NCBI GenBank assembly: GCA_000934665.2
Contig: JYFJ02003712.1
Span: 1 to 38,596 of the forward strand
Length of the DNA stretch: 38,596 nucleotides
DNA from: Catajapyx aquilonaris
Lineage: Eukaryota
Direction: 5' to 3'
This document shows positions 11,994 through 22,660 of this stretch, piece by piece (position 1 is the stretch's first letter; every line of letters begins with the position of its first letter). Made by a program: the position numbers and the translations under genes. Under the pieces are notes generated by a model, which ran no database searches, was not told the origin of the DNA, and saw only the letters and a program-made list of their open reading frames with translations.

Positions 11994-12477
11994 GGAAAGA
12001 CTTTCATATCGGGAGACCGAATGTGGCAGGGGTAGGGGCACGCTGTAGCAACCCACCCAATGACCGAACTTTCCTTCTTGGCTGATACACGCCTATCTTT
12101 CAGCACATACAGGGTGCTTCAACTTTTTTGTCCGAACAGTTATCGGAAAATTGCACGTAGCTGCTACTTTGTAAGCAGTGACTTGCAACCGGTGATTTGT
12201 CAGAGGAATGGGGAAAAAGAGGGTCACACATACCATGGCATGTGTGACCCTCTTTTTTCCAGGCTTGACCCTCAATTTTCAGCGGGCAGCACGTAAGCCG
12301 CTTCAGCAGGGAATATTCCCCGCTCCTCCGAAAAATCGCCGTTTGCAAGTCACTGCTTACAAAGTAGCAGCTACGTGCAATTATCCGATAACTTTTTGGA
12401 CAATAAAGTTGAAACACCCTGTATAAACCTAGGAAAGTAGGTAAATGTACGGGGTCTCCCGATATGAAAGGGTAGCC
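11994..12477. mobile_element. Merlin-like MITE, copy 1 (contains a nested mariner-type MITE)
   Basis: TIRs GG....ACTTTCATATCGGGAGACC / GGTCTCCCGATATGAAAG.GTAGCC; 9-bp TSD tgtaatttg / cataatttg (consistent with CpG decay of cgtaatttg). GG termini and an 8-9 bp TSD fit Merlin. Confidence 0.7.
12110..12421. mobile_element. Tc1/mariner-type MITE
   Basis: TA|CAGGGTG...CACCCTG|TA with TIRs of about 95 bp; internal hairpin at 12213-12259. Confidence 0.9.
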
Positions 12478-12956
12478 CATAATTTGAACTCACTGAAAGA
12501 ATTTTTAGTCTCAGTATATTTGCACTGGTTTTAAATTATTTGCGCTCAATAATATTGTTATCGTCCATCTCTTTGATCAGGGGCACTGTTTTGTAGGAAC
12601 ATAATTTTGCACCATCAACCTAGACGATAAACTGTGGTAGTACCGGTACTGTACTGTATCCCCTACTGACAGTGAGATCAATCGCACTTGGTCATTCCCC
12701 TTTCCACTTTGTGAACAAGTACCAACTCATGATGGCTGAGCTAGGAATCCTAACTATGAGGAGTTAGCTTGCAGATGCAGATCAAAGCGGCACAAGCAAA
12801 TTCGTCAAAAGTGGAGTTGTTGTGCAGGGTATGTGCGTTAGTATAGGCTGAACCACATCCCTTCCTAGTAATTCTATTCACCATAAAGATAGTTACATAC
12901 ACCACATGTGGTAGGCTACGCTTCAGCATGATTGGTAGATGCTGTAAATATGGCTA

Positions 12957-13117
12957 CAGTCCGTTAACCAAAGGACGATCTGACGTCACAACAGCCGTGT
13001 TTTCTGAGCATGCGCAGTAGTATGCTTGCAGAACGATTCGGGGACATAATTAGAGGAAAGAGCCGGGTGGAGGCGAGCTAAACGTGACGTCATATCGTTC
13101 TTTGGTTTAACGGACTA
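12957..13117. mobile_element. Short MITE
   Basis: TIRs of about 33 bp, (c/t)agtccgtta(a)accaaag(g/a)acgat(c/a)tgacgtcac. Confidence 0.75.
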
Positions 13118-13430
13118 CACGAATGTCGATTATGTAGTCATTCTTAGTTTTTGGAGTCAAATAATGTGAAAATGTAAATGTATCAGAAATGGAGAGTAGT
13201 GCTGAAATAAAATTGAAGTATGATGCTTGGTCCCAAAATGCCATACGTCCATTTCAGCCAATCAAGTGGATCCCATCATGGTAAGCGATGTAGTCTGATG
13301 GTCAATTTAAGGTGGCGTAAAATAACATTTTCAGTGCATTAGTAGAGGCAATTAGTGGTTCGATGACCTGAATACAGAGTGAGGCGAAAAAGATGTGCTT
13401 TTGAAATTGGGCAGGCCTCTCGGTATACTG

Positions 13431-13715
13431 ATCAGTGGCGCTTAACGTCGCGTCGGCCTATTTCTGCCTCTAAGGCCCAACACCGACGCCAGGGGGTGGT
13501 CCTCCTCCTGGAAATTTGGCCACTCTGGGGATATTTAACGTGCACTCGCGCAATGTCACAAGCAAGGACCGACAGCTTTACTGTCTTCCCCTCCGAAGGA
13601 AGGCGCGCTCTCACTTTTCTACCACCAGGAGAAAAGTCACCGACCTCGGCCGGGTTCGAACCCACAACCTTGGGACCAGAGGCGAGCGCGCTAACCATAG
13701 TCCACCGGCGCCAGT
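13431..13715 (-). mobile_element. tRNA-derived SINE, family A (full length)
   Basis: Minus-strand A box (GTGGACTATGGTTAG) and B box (GGTTCGAACCC); body with CCTTCGGAGGGGAAG and GTGCACGTTAAA motifs (Nin/Deu-domain-like); 15-bp TSD cctctcggtatactg at 13416-13430 and 13716-13730. Confidence 0.93.
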
Positions 13716-13832
13716 CCTCTCGGTATACTGTATGCTATTATGCTAAAATCAAAATTTACAAAATGTACAATAACGGACGGAATGACTATTATTTTTTAGA
13801 ATACTCCGCGCCATGAGAAATTTACGAATATA

Positions 13833-14005
13833 CAGGTTGTTCCAAATTTCTGGATCGTTTTCATATGGGGGTCAAATATAGCAGTAGTTGTTATAGAATT
13901 GGCAGGAATGGGGCACATGGTTAGGGGCACAACAAGCTACAAAAAATCACTGCTATCGGGCGATATCAGTTATATGAAAACGACCCACGAATTTGGAACA
14001 CCCGG
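13833..14005. mobile_element. Tc1/mariner-type MITE (related to 30649-30880)
   Basis: TA|CAGGTTGTTCCAAAT...ATTTGGAACACCCGG|TA; shares ggggcacaacaagctacaaaaaatca.tgctatcgggc with the 30.6 kb copy. Confidence 0.78.
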
Positions 14006-15277
14006 TATTTACAGGGAACCGCGATTCATAGGTTTTGGCTGGACCCTTGACAAATACGACCGATACGGGAAAACGATACCTCCGAGAACAATAGATCCAG
14101 ATTTCACCGTATTAATATTGTTGTTGATTTGACTGGGCCAACAGCATTTTGAACACAAGCTCAACTTTGTAGTGTTATTCACTCTGGTCAAATGACTAAC
14201 TTTCCGTCAATTGCATTTTTTTTAAATCGGCACTTTTTTTTAAAAAACAAACATACGCAAATTCAGATGAGGACCAATTACGCACGTTCTAAAAACAGCT
14301 AAATGCCGTCTTTCGATCACGTTCCAGCTGTCGCGCCATTGCATTATAATATCCGATTATAGAGGTAGTTGGCGCTGAAATTACGTTAGTCCACAATTAG
14401 CATACTGTGTGCCGTATGCCCGTCCATGCATCACTCTGAAAAAGCCACTATAACTGCTGAACTCAACTAGTGGAGCCCAACGAAAGAGATGCATGCAATA
14501 ATTCGCAAAAAAAAAAAAAAATCAACCGCAAATTCTCTAGAGTTTTGCGGTCTCATCAAGCATCCATTCCATAAGGCGAACCTTTCCCTAAGCTAATATG
14601 CTTTGTTGGAAGTGGGAAGGGACGTGGTATGCTCCCTGGGGTAATAGCACTGCTCCTCTTTAAGCCGATATGATAGCGGTTGCCATTTTCCAACGTTTTC
14701 GCTCATTTCTCTCCCCGAGGACCTAACCGAGTTGTAGCATCCAGTGCACCACCAATTTTGCTTTGAGAACTGACAAGAGAATAATGGATAGAAAAGGAAG
14801 AATCAATTTCATTCCTATATAACTTATACAGCTATTCTATAGGTGGCATATACAGACTACTGTATCAGGATCTAGAGTAGGCTAATGTCATTTTGATGAT
14901 TCTCTAGTTTCAATATTGGGCACATGGACAAGTCTTATAACGTGATTACTACGCCACAAAAGTTGTTAGGTGGTTTTTCTAGACGTATAAGGATCATAGG
15001 AAAATATCACTTGGGCGTGATGGGACTGTTCAAAAGCCGATCATTATGCAGGCGGCAAACGGACTCGTATTCCCAGTACCAACTAGGCAAGAAAACTTGT
15101 CAGAAAGAAAGTTTCAGAGTGACTCGCCTACAAAGGTCTTCTTTACTATATATCACATACGCTCTTGAAAGAACGTCCACAAGAACACCAGCTCTATAAT
15201 GCTGGTATAAAAACGCGAAGTACCAGTCTTTAGGTGCCTTTGTTAACTCCATCGGTTCTACCTTTGTATCCTCTGAT

Positions 15278-15485
15278 GGAAGGACTTTCGTAATGGGAGA
15301 CCGAATATGGAAGGGGTAGGGGCACGTTGCACCAACCTACCCCATGACCCTTGCCATGACCTAACCTTCCTTCCCAGCGGATACACGCCTATCCTCCCTT
15401 CCCAGCGGATACAAGCCTATCCGCTTCAGCGGATTCACACCTGCCCTTCCGGAGATACACGCCTAGGCAAGTATAGGTAAGAGTT
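15278..15485. mobile_element. Merlin-like MITE, copy 3 (right TIR lost, internal unit expanded)
   Basis: Left end ggaaggactttcgtaatgggagaccgaat and about 4 copies of the cagcggatacacgcctatcc unit. Confidence 0.68.
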
Positions 15486-15643
15486 CTGGATCTTCTGTTA
15501 TGAAAGAGTATAGCCTCTACTAATAGCCAGATAGCCTTAGCTGCTTTGGCTCCTGACTCAAACAAATTATGCAAAATAGCTTGAATAACGCTCGACAATA
15601 CAGCTTACATTGCTAATACAGTACACGATGCATGACTACTAAC

Positions 15644-15949
15644 TTGTGGAAGAGTGAGCTGTCGAACCGGAACCCAAGGCAGCGGATGACACAGTCGTAA
15701 CCTTCCCTGAGGGAAAAGTTGTCTACGTCCCGTTCTCCAGGTGCGAGCCTGAGGGATAGGTCCCTGCCCCGGATCCGCGGGGGAGGACTACTCTGGCTTC
15801 CGTTGGCCCTGTTTCTTGCAGGTTCCCAAGGAAATTGAATGTAGAGCTTGTCCTGGCGCTTCTCCAGCACCATGTCTTCTACTGCAGCCTCCAGAAGACC
15901 GTCCAGAGATTTCAGCTGGTACGTGTCCAGCAGTCCATTGTTTATGGCC
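15644..15949 (-). CDS. FOXRED2: FOXRED2 coding exon
   Basis: ttctcag|AINNGLLDTYQLKSLDGLLE...DNFSLREGYDCVIRCLGFRFDSSLFH|gttagt; 306 nt, phase 2 to 2. Confidence 0.96.
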
Positions 15950-17504
15950 CTGAGAATACATTTTTCAACACTTACACCACATACTAATGAAAACATGGTT
16001 GCATCCTCATGCATGTGTAACCTCTCCAGTTGTGCCCATTAGTAAGTTAATTAGGCCATACACTACTGTACCTCATACATATTGTATCGATAATGGCTTA
16101 TGTATATCTCACCCTTGCATTACTCGCACACTGTACAGGTGCAAATTCCCACATAAAATTGCTCTGCACCATTTGGCCTCAGGTTCTCAACTGCCACTTC
16201 TGGGTATAAAATTGGGGCAAGCAAAGCAGGTTTCCGATATTAGCAATGCAACAGGTAGGCTTAAATCTGTAGAGGTTGGATGGGGAAAAAAAAGTGCAAG
16301 TGTTCCCCTATAAATTTCCATGCATGGCTCTGGGGAGAAGTTGGCGCCATAGCATATTACTGTATGGGAAAGGAAGCTAGGGGTAAGATGGATGGGCCCT
16401 TTGGCAGTGCTCTACCGAGAAGCGGGGCCTGGGATGAAGCAAATGACGCAGGAAGCTTGTCTTTGGCCCACCTTTCCCACAGCGTCCCATTATTCTCTCC
16501 CCCCCACGCCTTCTTCTCCCCCATGGAAATTCATTCTTCCTCTTTTACAGAGTTCATTGCTTCCGACAAGACCGACCATTTCTCTGCCACCACATTACCG
16601 TAACTCAACGTCCTCCGAGAGGTTGTGGTGTTAAGAACGACTGACAGTCAACAGAAAAGTGCCTTTTGCCCAATGAACATGCCTGCTATTGTCTTGATGA
16701 AAGCACTTGCATGTGGTGCGGTTTTCAGCAGCTCGGAAAAGTAGGTGTTTCAAAGAGCAACTTGTGTACAGTATTGAGATCACGACAAAAAGAGGACAAA
16801 AGTGAATATAATGGATGATGAACATCAGTATACTGATCACGAATTCATGTTATTAATAAAGAATAGGTTTTCTTGGCTTTACGATCGTTTTGCAGCTGAG
16901 AGTGAAGGTTGCTTCAGAATCACATTTTATGCTGATAAAAACAACCTTTAGAAAGTTAATAAGATTCTATTTTTGTTGCATTGTGTACTTCAAGCTCATG
17001 CTGTGAAACCCCGGGGATTGCTTCCTACTTTTAAAAATCCCCTGCTATTCAATTTATTCAGATTCAAACTTTTCTGAGCACATTGTAAGCCTATCAGCAG
17101 AGGACAAAAGCCCAATAGCAATCAACGTGATTTAATCTACATCCACTACCGAAAATCATCCGGCCGCAGCGCAGTGGCTTGGTTATTTTAAGTAGATCAT
17201 ACCAACCGGGACTGAAAACATTCACACCATCATGCTGTAAAAATTGTTATCCGTCATGTTTTGTATGCGTATACATAAATCCACATATTTGGGACAAATA
17301 ACATTGGATTCTGGCCTAGCTGATTCCAAGAATTCACTGCTGTATATATAGATACAGTATACTACACCCAAGAGAAGACTTGAACCCGCTTGAACTAGAC
17401 CGATCGGAAACAAAATCAATGATCCCACAGATGCAGACAAAATATGTCGAGAGACGAGAAAATAATGTCGCTAGTCAACGTATATCATGGCAGGTTCAAC
17501 TTAC

Positions 17505-17619
17505 CGGAGGTCTCCAACGTAGTGAGTGTTCCAAGCCAGGCGAGCTCGGGATTTTCCAATCATATGAATCATGTTTGTGCTACCGTACATGTTGTCAGCG
17601 GTCTCGAAAGCAGAGTTTC
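17505..17619 (-). CDS. FOXRED2: FOXRED2 coding exon
   Basis: ttcccag|(G)[37 protein letters not shown](R)|gtaagt; 115 nt, phase 1 to 2. Confidence 0.96.
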
Positions 17620-18544
17620 CTGGGAATGGACAAATGAAAGCACATTTTTGAAATAACCATTCTTTGTTTAGTGGAGATTCCAAACGCACGTCGAAACTAT
17701 TTTAGCAGCCACATCGTGCCTGCTGCCTAAAGTGGCTAGCACATAATTTTGACGACCCATAATTACGAGCATTGCAATAAAATTATAAGAATAATATAAT
17801 TATTAACAATATTATAATCGTTGTTTTTTGGGGAGGGGGGGGGTGACGTTATGAAGAACCTTTCGCTGCTTTGTGATCATAGAGTTGGAATGAAGACGTG
17901 CACTTTAAGAGCCAAGCTATAGTAGAATCCATTCTTGTGTAGTCAAGTCATAGAGAGCAATCAGTTGAAAAGGCGGTCCTTGCCCTCACAGTCTCACTCC
18001 CTCCCCCACCTCTCCCTCATGCTCTTTCTCTCAAAAAGAAAGGACTTTTGAAACATTCCACTTGCAGTACAGTGCTAGCAATAAAATCCGTGGGCGCGAT
18101 AACAATCTCCTGCAAAAGAACTTTAGTAATTATATTTCGATGACTCAAATTTCTGCCTTGATCCAAAATGTCTTTGCTGCAAAACTTTTGGCATTTGAAA
18201 GCAATATTGCAGAAAAATGTTAAGTCTATAAACTACATCTATAGCTTCATCAGAAATATTGAGTTAGTCAAGATCAAAGGTCATGCTCGCTGATGCAGTT
18301 CTAAAAAATTTATACTGCAGTGCTAACAGTGGCTGTAATTTATCTAAAAGCAAAGCCGTGCACCATGATAGTTAATGTATTATGTAATGATAAGAATATT
18401 AATTAACAAATCGAAAATGCGTAGTCACGGTGAATGAAGGGGATGTGCCAGCACTTATGCCTCAACAAATTAACGTAAATAAGAGTTTTATCTGAGAATC
18501 AGTGAACTGTACAGTACAGCATCATCATCATCATCATTTTAATC

Positions 18545-19336
18545 TTAATTATTATCTCTTGAACTAGGAGTGATCAACCAAGTTACAGCCAGTTCATTTG
18601 ATGTAGGAGTCATGCCGCTAATAATTTGATCAGCTGCAATCATTCCGGGGATTGTGAAGTTAGCATCCGGTCCTTTAAAGTTGATTAACACCGGAACTCT
18701 GAGTTTTCCATCAAAAATCACTTCAGTTACAATTAGTGCATTGGACGTAGATGACATTGCGCTAGTCATTTGATCAATTACAAGCAGTCCAGGGGATAGG
18801 GTGAAGTTACCTGTCACTGAAACAGGATTGACAGTTGTGTATACTATAGTGTTCAATCAAAAACATCTTCATGAAAATGCGCTAGTCATTTTAACGTTCT
18901 TTCCGATGGCTACCTTCTCACTCATCTGAAAAGGAGTTGGCCAAAGAAGCAGTGGGCAGCGTGGTTTGGGATATGATGTCCAGGACATCATTGACATCAT
19001 GAGCGCCAACTGACTTGTAAGCGAGGAATCGACTGATTTGATTGATCAGCCTAACTTCATCCGACATTGCTATCTCATTATTGGTCATCCGCATTTCAAC
19101 CAAGTTCCTTTTTCTGCACTCTCCAAAGTCCTATATTGATCCTCCTCCGCACTCACTCTCTCCCATGTTCTGGCTTCCAAAGATGCAGGCTAATCCAAGC
19201 CCAATGGAAGGATTCTTCAGAGCGTTCAAATGATACTAATGAAATAGATCATATGATACTGCTCTTCCGGAAAGGGACGTATGGTATATAGGATCATCAT
19301 TTTTGGAAGGGTGACGTCATTGGAAGTAGGGAAGTT

Positions 19337-19410
<74 letters not shown>

Positions 19411-19860
19411 CATTACCCCACGGGGGGAGTTATACTACTCCTTAGGGGGGGGTGGGTTGCCACCTTTGGAATTGTTTTTTTGGAGCGAGTTTAAGAAGAA
19501 TCTTAATTAGTATGCTCCAAGGGTGGGTGGGAGGGGATGTGCAAAGTGCAAGTGCAATGTCTCTAATCGTCATTTTGTGAACTCCCCCGGGTGGCTTAGT
19601 CTGCCGGAAATTGCCACCCGAAACGAAGCCAGAGATGGCCCAACTCTGCACGAAAGAACGTGGGAACCCCGGGTGGGGATTGAACCCGGGACCTTAACTT
19701 CCGTGGGCGCGCGCGTTACCGCGGCGCCACTCCGTCTCCCCCCGGGAAGTTGGATATCCTGCAAGATGTTCCTTATGTCAGTTGTACAAAAACGTCACTA
19801 AAATTTAACTCTGCCATAATGAGAAGCTGATTAGCCTAAATTGATGCAAAACAATTAGGT
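18545..19860 (-). pseudogene. Decayed ORF, candidate endogenous viral element (reovirus/phytoreovirus P8-like capsid), interrupted by a SINE at 19343-19743
   Basis: After removing the SINE and one TSD, the minus strand reads MAELNFSDVFVQLT*GTSCRISNFPTSNDVTLPKMMILYTIRP... then, across frameshifts, LEARTWE..., EIAMSDEVRLINQISRFLAYK...VLDIISQTTLPTASLANSF, and a T/V/A-rich beta-like block (PVSVTGNFTL...DANFTIP...TSNELAV). No introns. The P8 resemblance is from recall only. Confidence 0.5.
19343..19743 (-). mobile_element. tRNA-derived SINE, family C, with (TA)n tail
   Basis: Minus-strand head GGGGGAGACGGAGTGGCGCCGCGG...GGGTTCAATCCCC (A/B boxes); long (AT)n tail; 14-bp TSD gggaagttggatat (19329-19342, 19744-19757). 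Confidence 0.9.
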
Positions 19861-21731
19861 CTTGGAATAGGGCGCGCTATTATCCGGGAGTTAATTGCAG
19901 TGTTCCCATGCAGGGAACACGGAATTACAGCAAGAGTGTGTGGAGGGGGGGGGGGAAGGAATTACACGTGTTGTCATGTCTACAAATGGCTTCAACGATG
20001 CGTGTTTATTTGGGGGAGGTGTATATAGTCACCGGTATTACAGCAATGCATACGTAATTTCATGCGTCATATTTCTGCTTTATACCAGTATATCTCACAA
20101 GTCAGCAAGTTAGGGTAGCTTTTAGGTGACAATGCAGTTTTACATGGCGCTAATATTTTGCCTCTCTCACTGATCCCGGATCCTCGGCAACATTTCAATG
20201 CACCAATAGACTGAAAGAGCAATGGCCCAATTGGGTGTGGCCCTGTGGTGTGCAATAAAAATGTCTCCATTTTATAACTATGCAGAAGATATTTTCACGT
20301 ATAGAAATAGTTTTATATGAGTCTGTTATAACCGAAGTATGTTATAGCCGAGGCTGTTATATCCGGACTCAAGTGTACTTACTTATAACTAAAAGTCAGA
20401 ATAAAATCAGAAAGAGGCTACCATAGAGCTGAAACTACACTTGTCATGTGATCAGGTAAGAGTCGTAAGAGAGCAGGAACATGAAACCGAGAATCAGAAA
20501 TTCTCAAACAAGAGCCAAATTAGACGTTGAGCTGCATTACAGTTACTATACATCTTCCCCTTTGTAAAACTCAACTTCGAAGAGGGTACGCCCTACCCTT
20601 TGCATGTTGACGTCATGTCAACCGATCAGATCATCATTCATTCCTGCGTCATCAGCCTCTCAGGCTGACTTGTCTCCTCTTTCAATCAGATTACAGCATT
20701 ACGAACGTGAGCCCAAGTTCATTAGATCAATACTATAGACTCAGTAATTCCAGATGTGACGGCAGTTTGAATTCGGTTATTTTGAGGATTCTTTGTGCTT
20801 CCGGTATTGGATATGGTTTTGATCCTATAGCTGTATTGAGATGTGTTCAGAGCCTGAAACGTGAGCTCCACCTTCAGCATTACGTAAGCTGCATACACAC
20901 GTCACAGAATATGCATATATACTTGTACTGTACTGTAGTACAAGATACACTCGAACTTATCTCATTTTGTAGTTACAGATATCTCCACATCCCAAATATT
21001 CCGAAACACAAATCCGTCCACGTTGTACTGTAGCCGATTTTCCACCTACTTTTGTATAGATAACACCTCACACAGCGAAAGGAAAATCTACTGGAAGTTA
21101 GATATTCTTTTAGGAAGGTTATTTTGCGTTTTTAGTGCTTCCAAGAAAGTTACGCCAAGATGTTGATGGAAGGGAGAGAAAGGTGATTAGTCCAAAAGTT
21201 TCAGTGTTCAGAGTTTATGTCTTGAAAAGCGTCGCGTTAATCAGATATTGTGTTTGAGGTTGGTGCGAAAGAGAGAGAGAGAGAAAAAAAAACTTTCAGG
21301 TAGTTAATCGGAAAGTTCCAGCTGCTTTTGCAAGATTGGAATGAGGCTTATGACAAGGTGAGTTGGAGACTGGAGGAAGTTTTGAGGGTGTTTATATACT
21401 GGAAGTCGGGAAGCTGTGAAGTACTATAATGACATCCGGTTACAGTATATACAGATGTAATATATGCTCTACTGTATAGTGGAGTGTTTCAAAATTGCGA
21501 AGTAGTTGAGAAAATATTTTAATTGAATTTAAATTTACTCACGGACAAAAAAAACTCGTTTTTCCTTAGGCTTATTCTTAAAGTTCTATAGTTGAGAGTC
21601 TTGAGACTCTTGGCCACTCCTCTTCCAAAAAAAACTCAAACTTACCATTTCGAAAAGTTAACTTTCCCTTCAATTTCCTCAAAACAATTTCGTGACAATT
21701 CTGAAGCACACTGGAACACCTTAGAACAGTG

Positions 21732-21803
21732 TACCTCTGCTGGGAATCGAACCCAGGTCCACACTTGTACCAAGTGTGTGTTCTGCCACTGAACTACAGA
21801 AGT
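21732..21803 (-). tRNA. tRNA-like cloverleaf (pseudogene or SINE head) with an aberrant 9-nt anticodon loop
   Basis: ACTTCTG TA GTTC-AGTGGCA-GAAC A CACAC-TTGGTACAA-GTGTG GAC CTGGG-TTCGATT-CCCAG CAGAGGT A: 7-bp acceptor stem, D, anticodon and T stems all pair. Confidence 0.7.
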
Positions 21804-21885
21804 GGTTTCAGGGTTCTATTCTCATACATCAGGTGTGCGAGACAGGTCAGTTAAAGAAACCAATATAGCGAAAGTATATACTTAC

Positions 21886-22022
21886 CCCTGCCCAGAATAA
21901 GCACGTTCTTTCCCTCGAAGTAGCTGGAGTCCAGAGAAACTTCTTCATAGCCTATAACATGCTCGAATCCAGGGAAGTTGGGAGTGTTTGGAAGCCACAT
22001 TCCAGTCGCCACTATCACTCTT
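21886..22022 (-). CDS. FOXRED2: FOXRED2 coding exon (not in ORF track)
   Basis: ttacag|RVIVATGMWLPNTPNFPGFEHVIGYEEVSLDSSYFEGKNVLILGR(G)|gtaagt; 137 nt, phase 2 to 1; contains the VATG motif and the start of the second dinucleotide-binding motif GRGNSA. Confidence 0.95.
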
Positions 22023-22100
22023 CTGTAATAAAAAATAGAAAAAAAATAGTATACGCAAGCTAATTACATGGTGTTTCCATATTGGATTCAAATATGGTAG

Positions 22101-22279
22101 GGAAAGACTTTTTCATATCGGGATACCGAATGTAGCAGGCACGCTGTACCAACCTACCTCATGACCTAACTTTCCTTCCCGGCGGATACACGCCTATCCT
22201 TCTAGCGTATCCACACCTATCTTTCAGCCTAGGAAAGTATAGGTAAAAGTGCGGGGTCTCCCGATATGAAAGTGTAGCC
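22101..22279. mobile_element. Merlin-like MITE, copy 2 (uninterrupted)
   Basis: Same TIRs and internal gcggatacacgcctatc units as 11994; imperfect 8-bp TSD tatggtag / aatggtat. Confidence 0.72.
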
Positions 22280-22385
22280 AATGGTATAGTGATTACTGCC
22301 CAGGCCGTCTATCAATTACATCACTATATGGTAGCGGTAGGTAAAATGGCCAAGATCAACCTAACGCACTTCATGCCCCCGTATA

Positions 22386-22660
22386 TTTTATTTTATTTTT
22401 ATTTTATTTACCCCGTGATACAACTACTTGGTCGTTATAGGGGGGTGGCAGACCACCATGTAGTTTTCTGATTGTATTTTTACTTCGAACTCCGGTGCAA
22501 GGATTACTAGGGTTGGGGGTTTTGGGGAGGGGACACATGTGCAGGTGCATTGTCCAGTGGTGGGCCAGGTGCAATCCCCCAGGAGGTCAGGTTGCCAAGA
22601 CGCCTCCTTAGGCGCGGGTCACGACCCAATGACGCAAGAGAAAGGTTTGCTCCCAGGTGG
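22386..22660 (-). mobile_element. 5'-truncated LINE 3' end
   Basis: 15-bp TSD tcatgcccccgtata (22371-22385, 22661-22675); A-rich tail on the minus strand; open frame HLGANLSLASLGRDPRLRRRL...PQP* followed by a short 3' UTR. Confidence 0.82.

Noticed and set aside
13379..13816. ORF-track ORFs over SINEs (also 19442-19801, 25591-25773, 28725-29024, 37874-38168)
   Set aside because: They are chance frames in GC-rich SINE bodies with Pol III boxes and TSDs, not genes.
15360..15470. CRISPR-like or regularly spaced repeats (also 2590-2650)
   Set aside because: These are degenerate tandem units inside TEs with no unique spacers and no cas genes, in a eukaryotic context.
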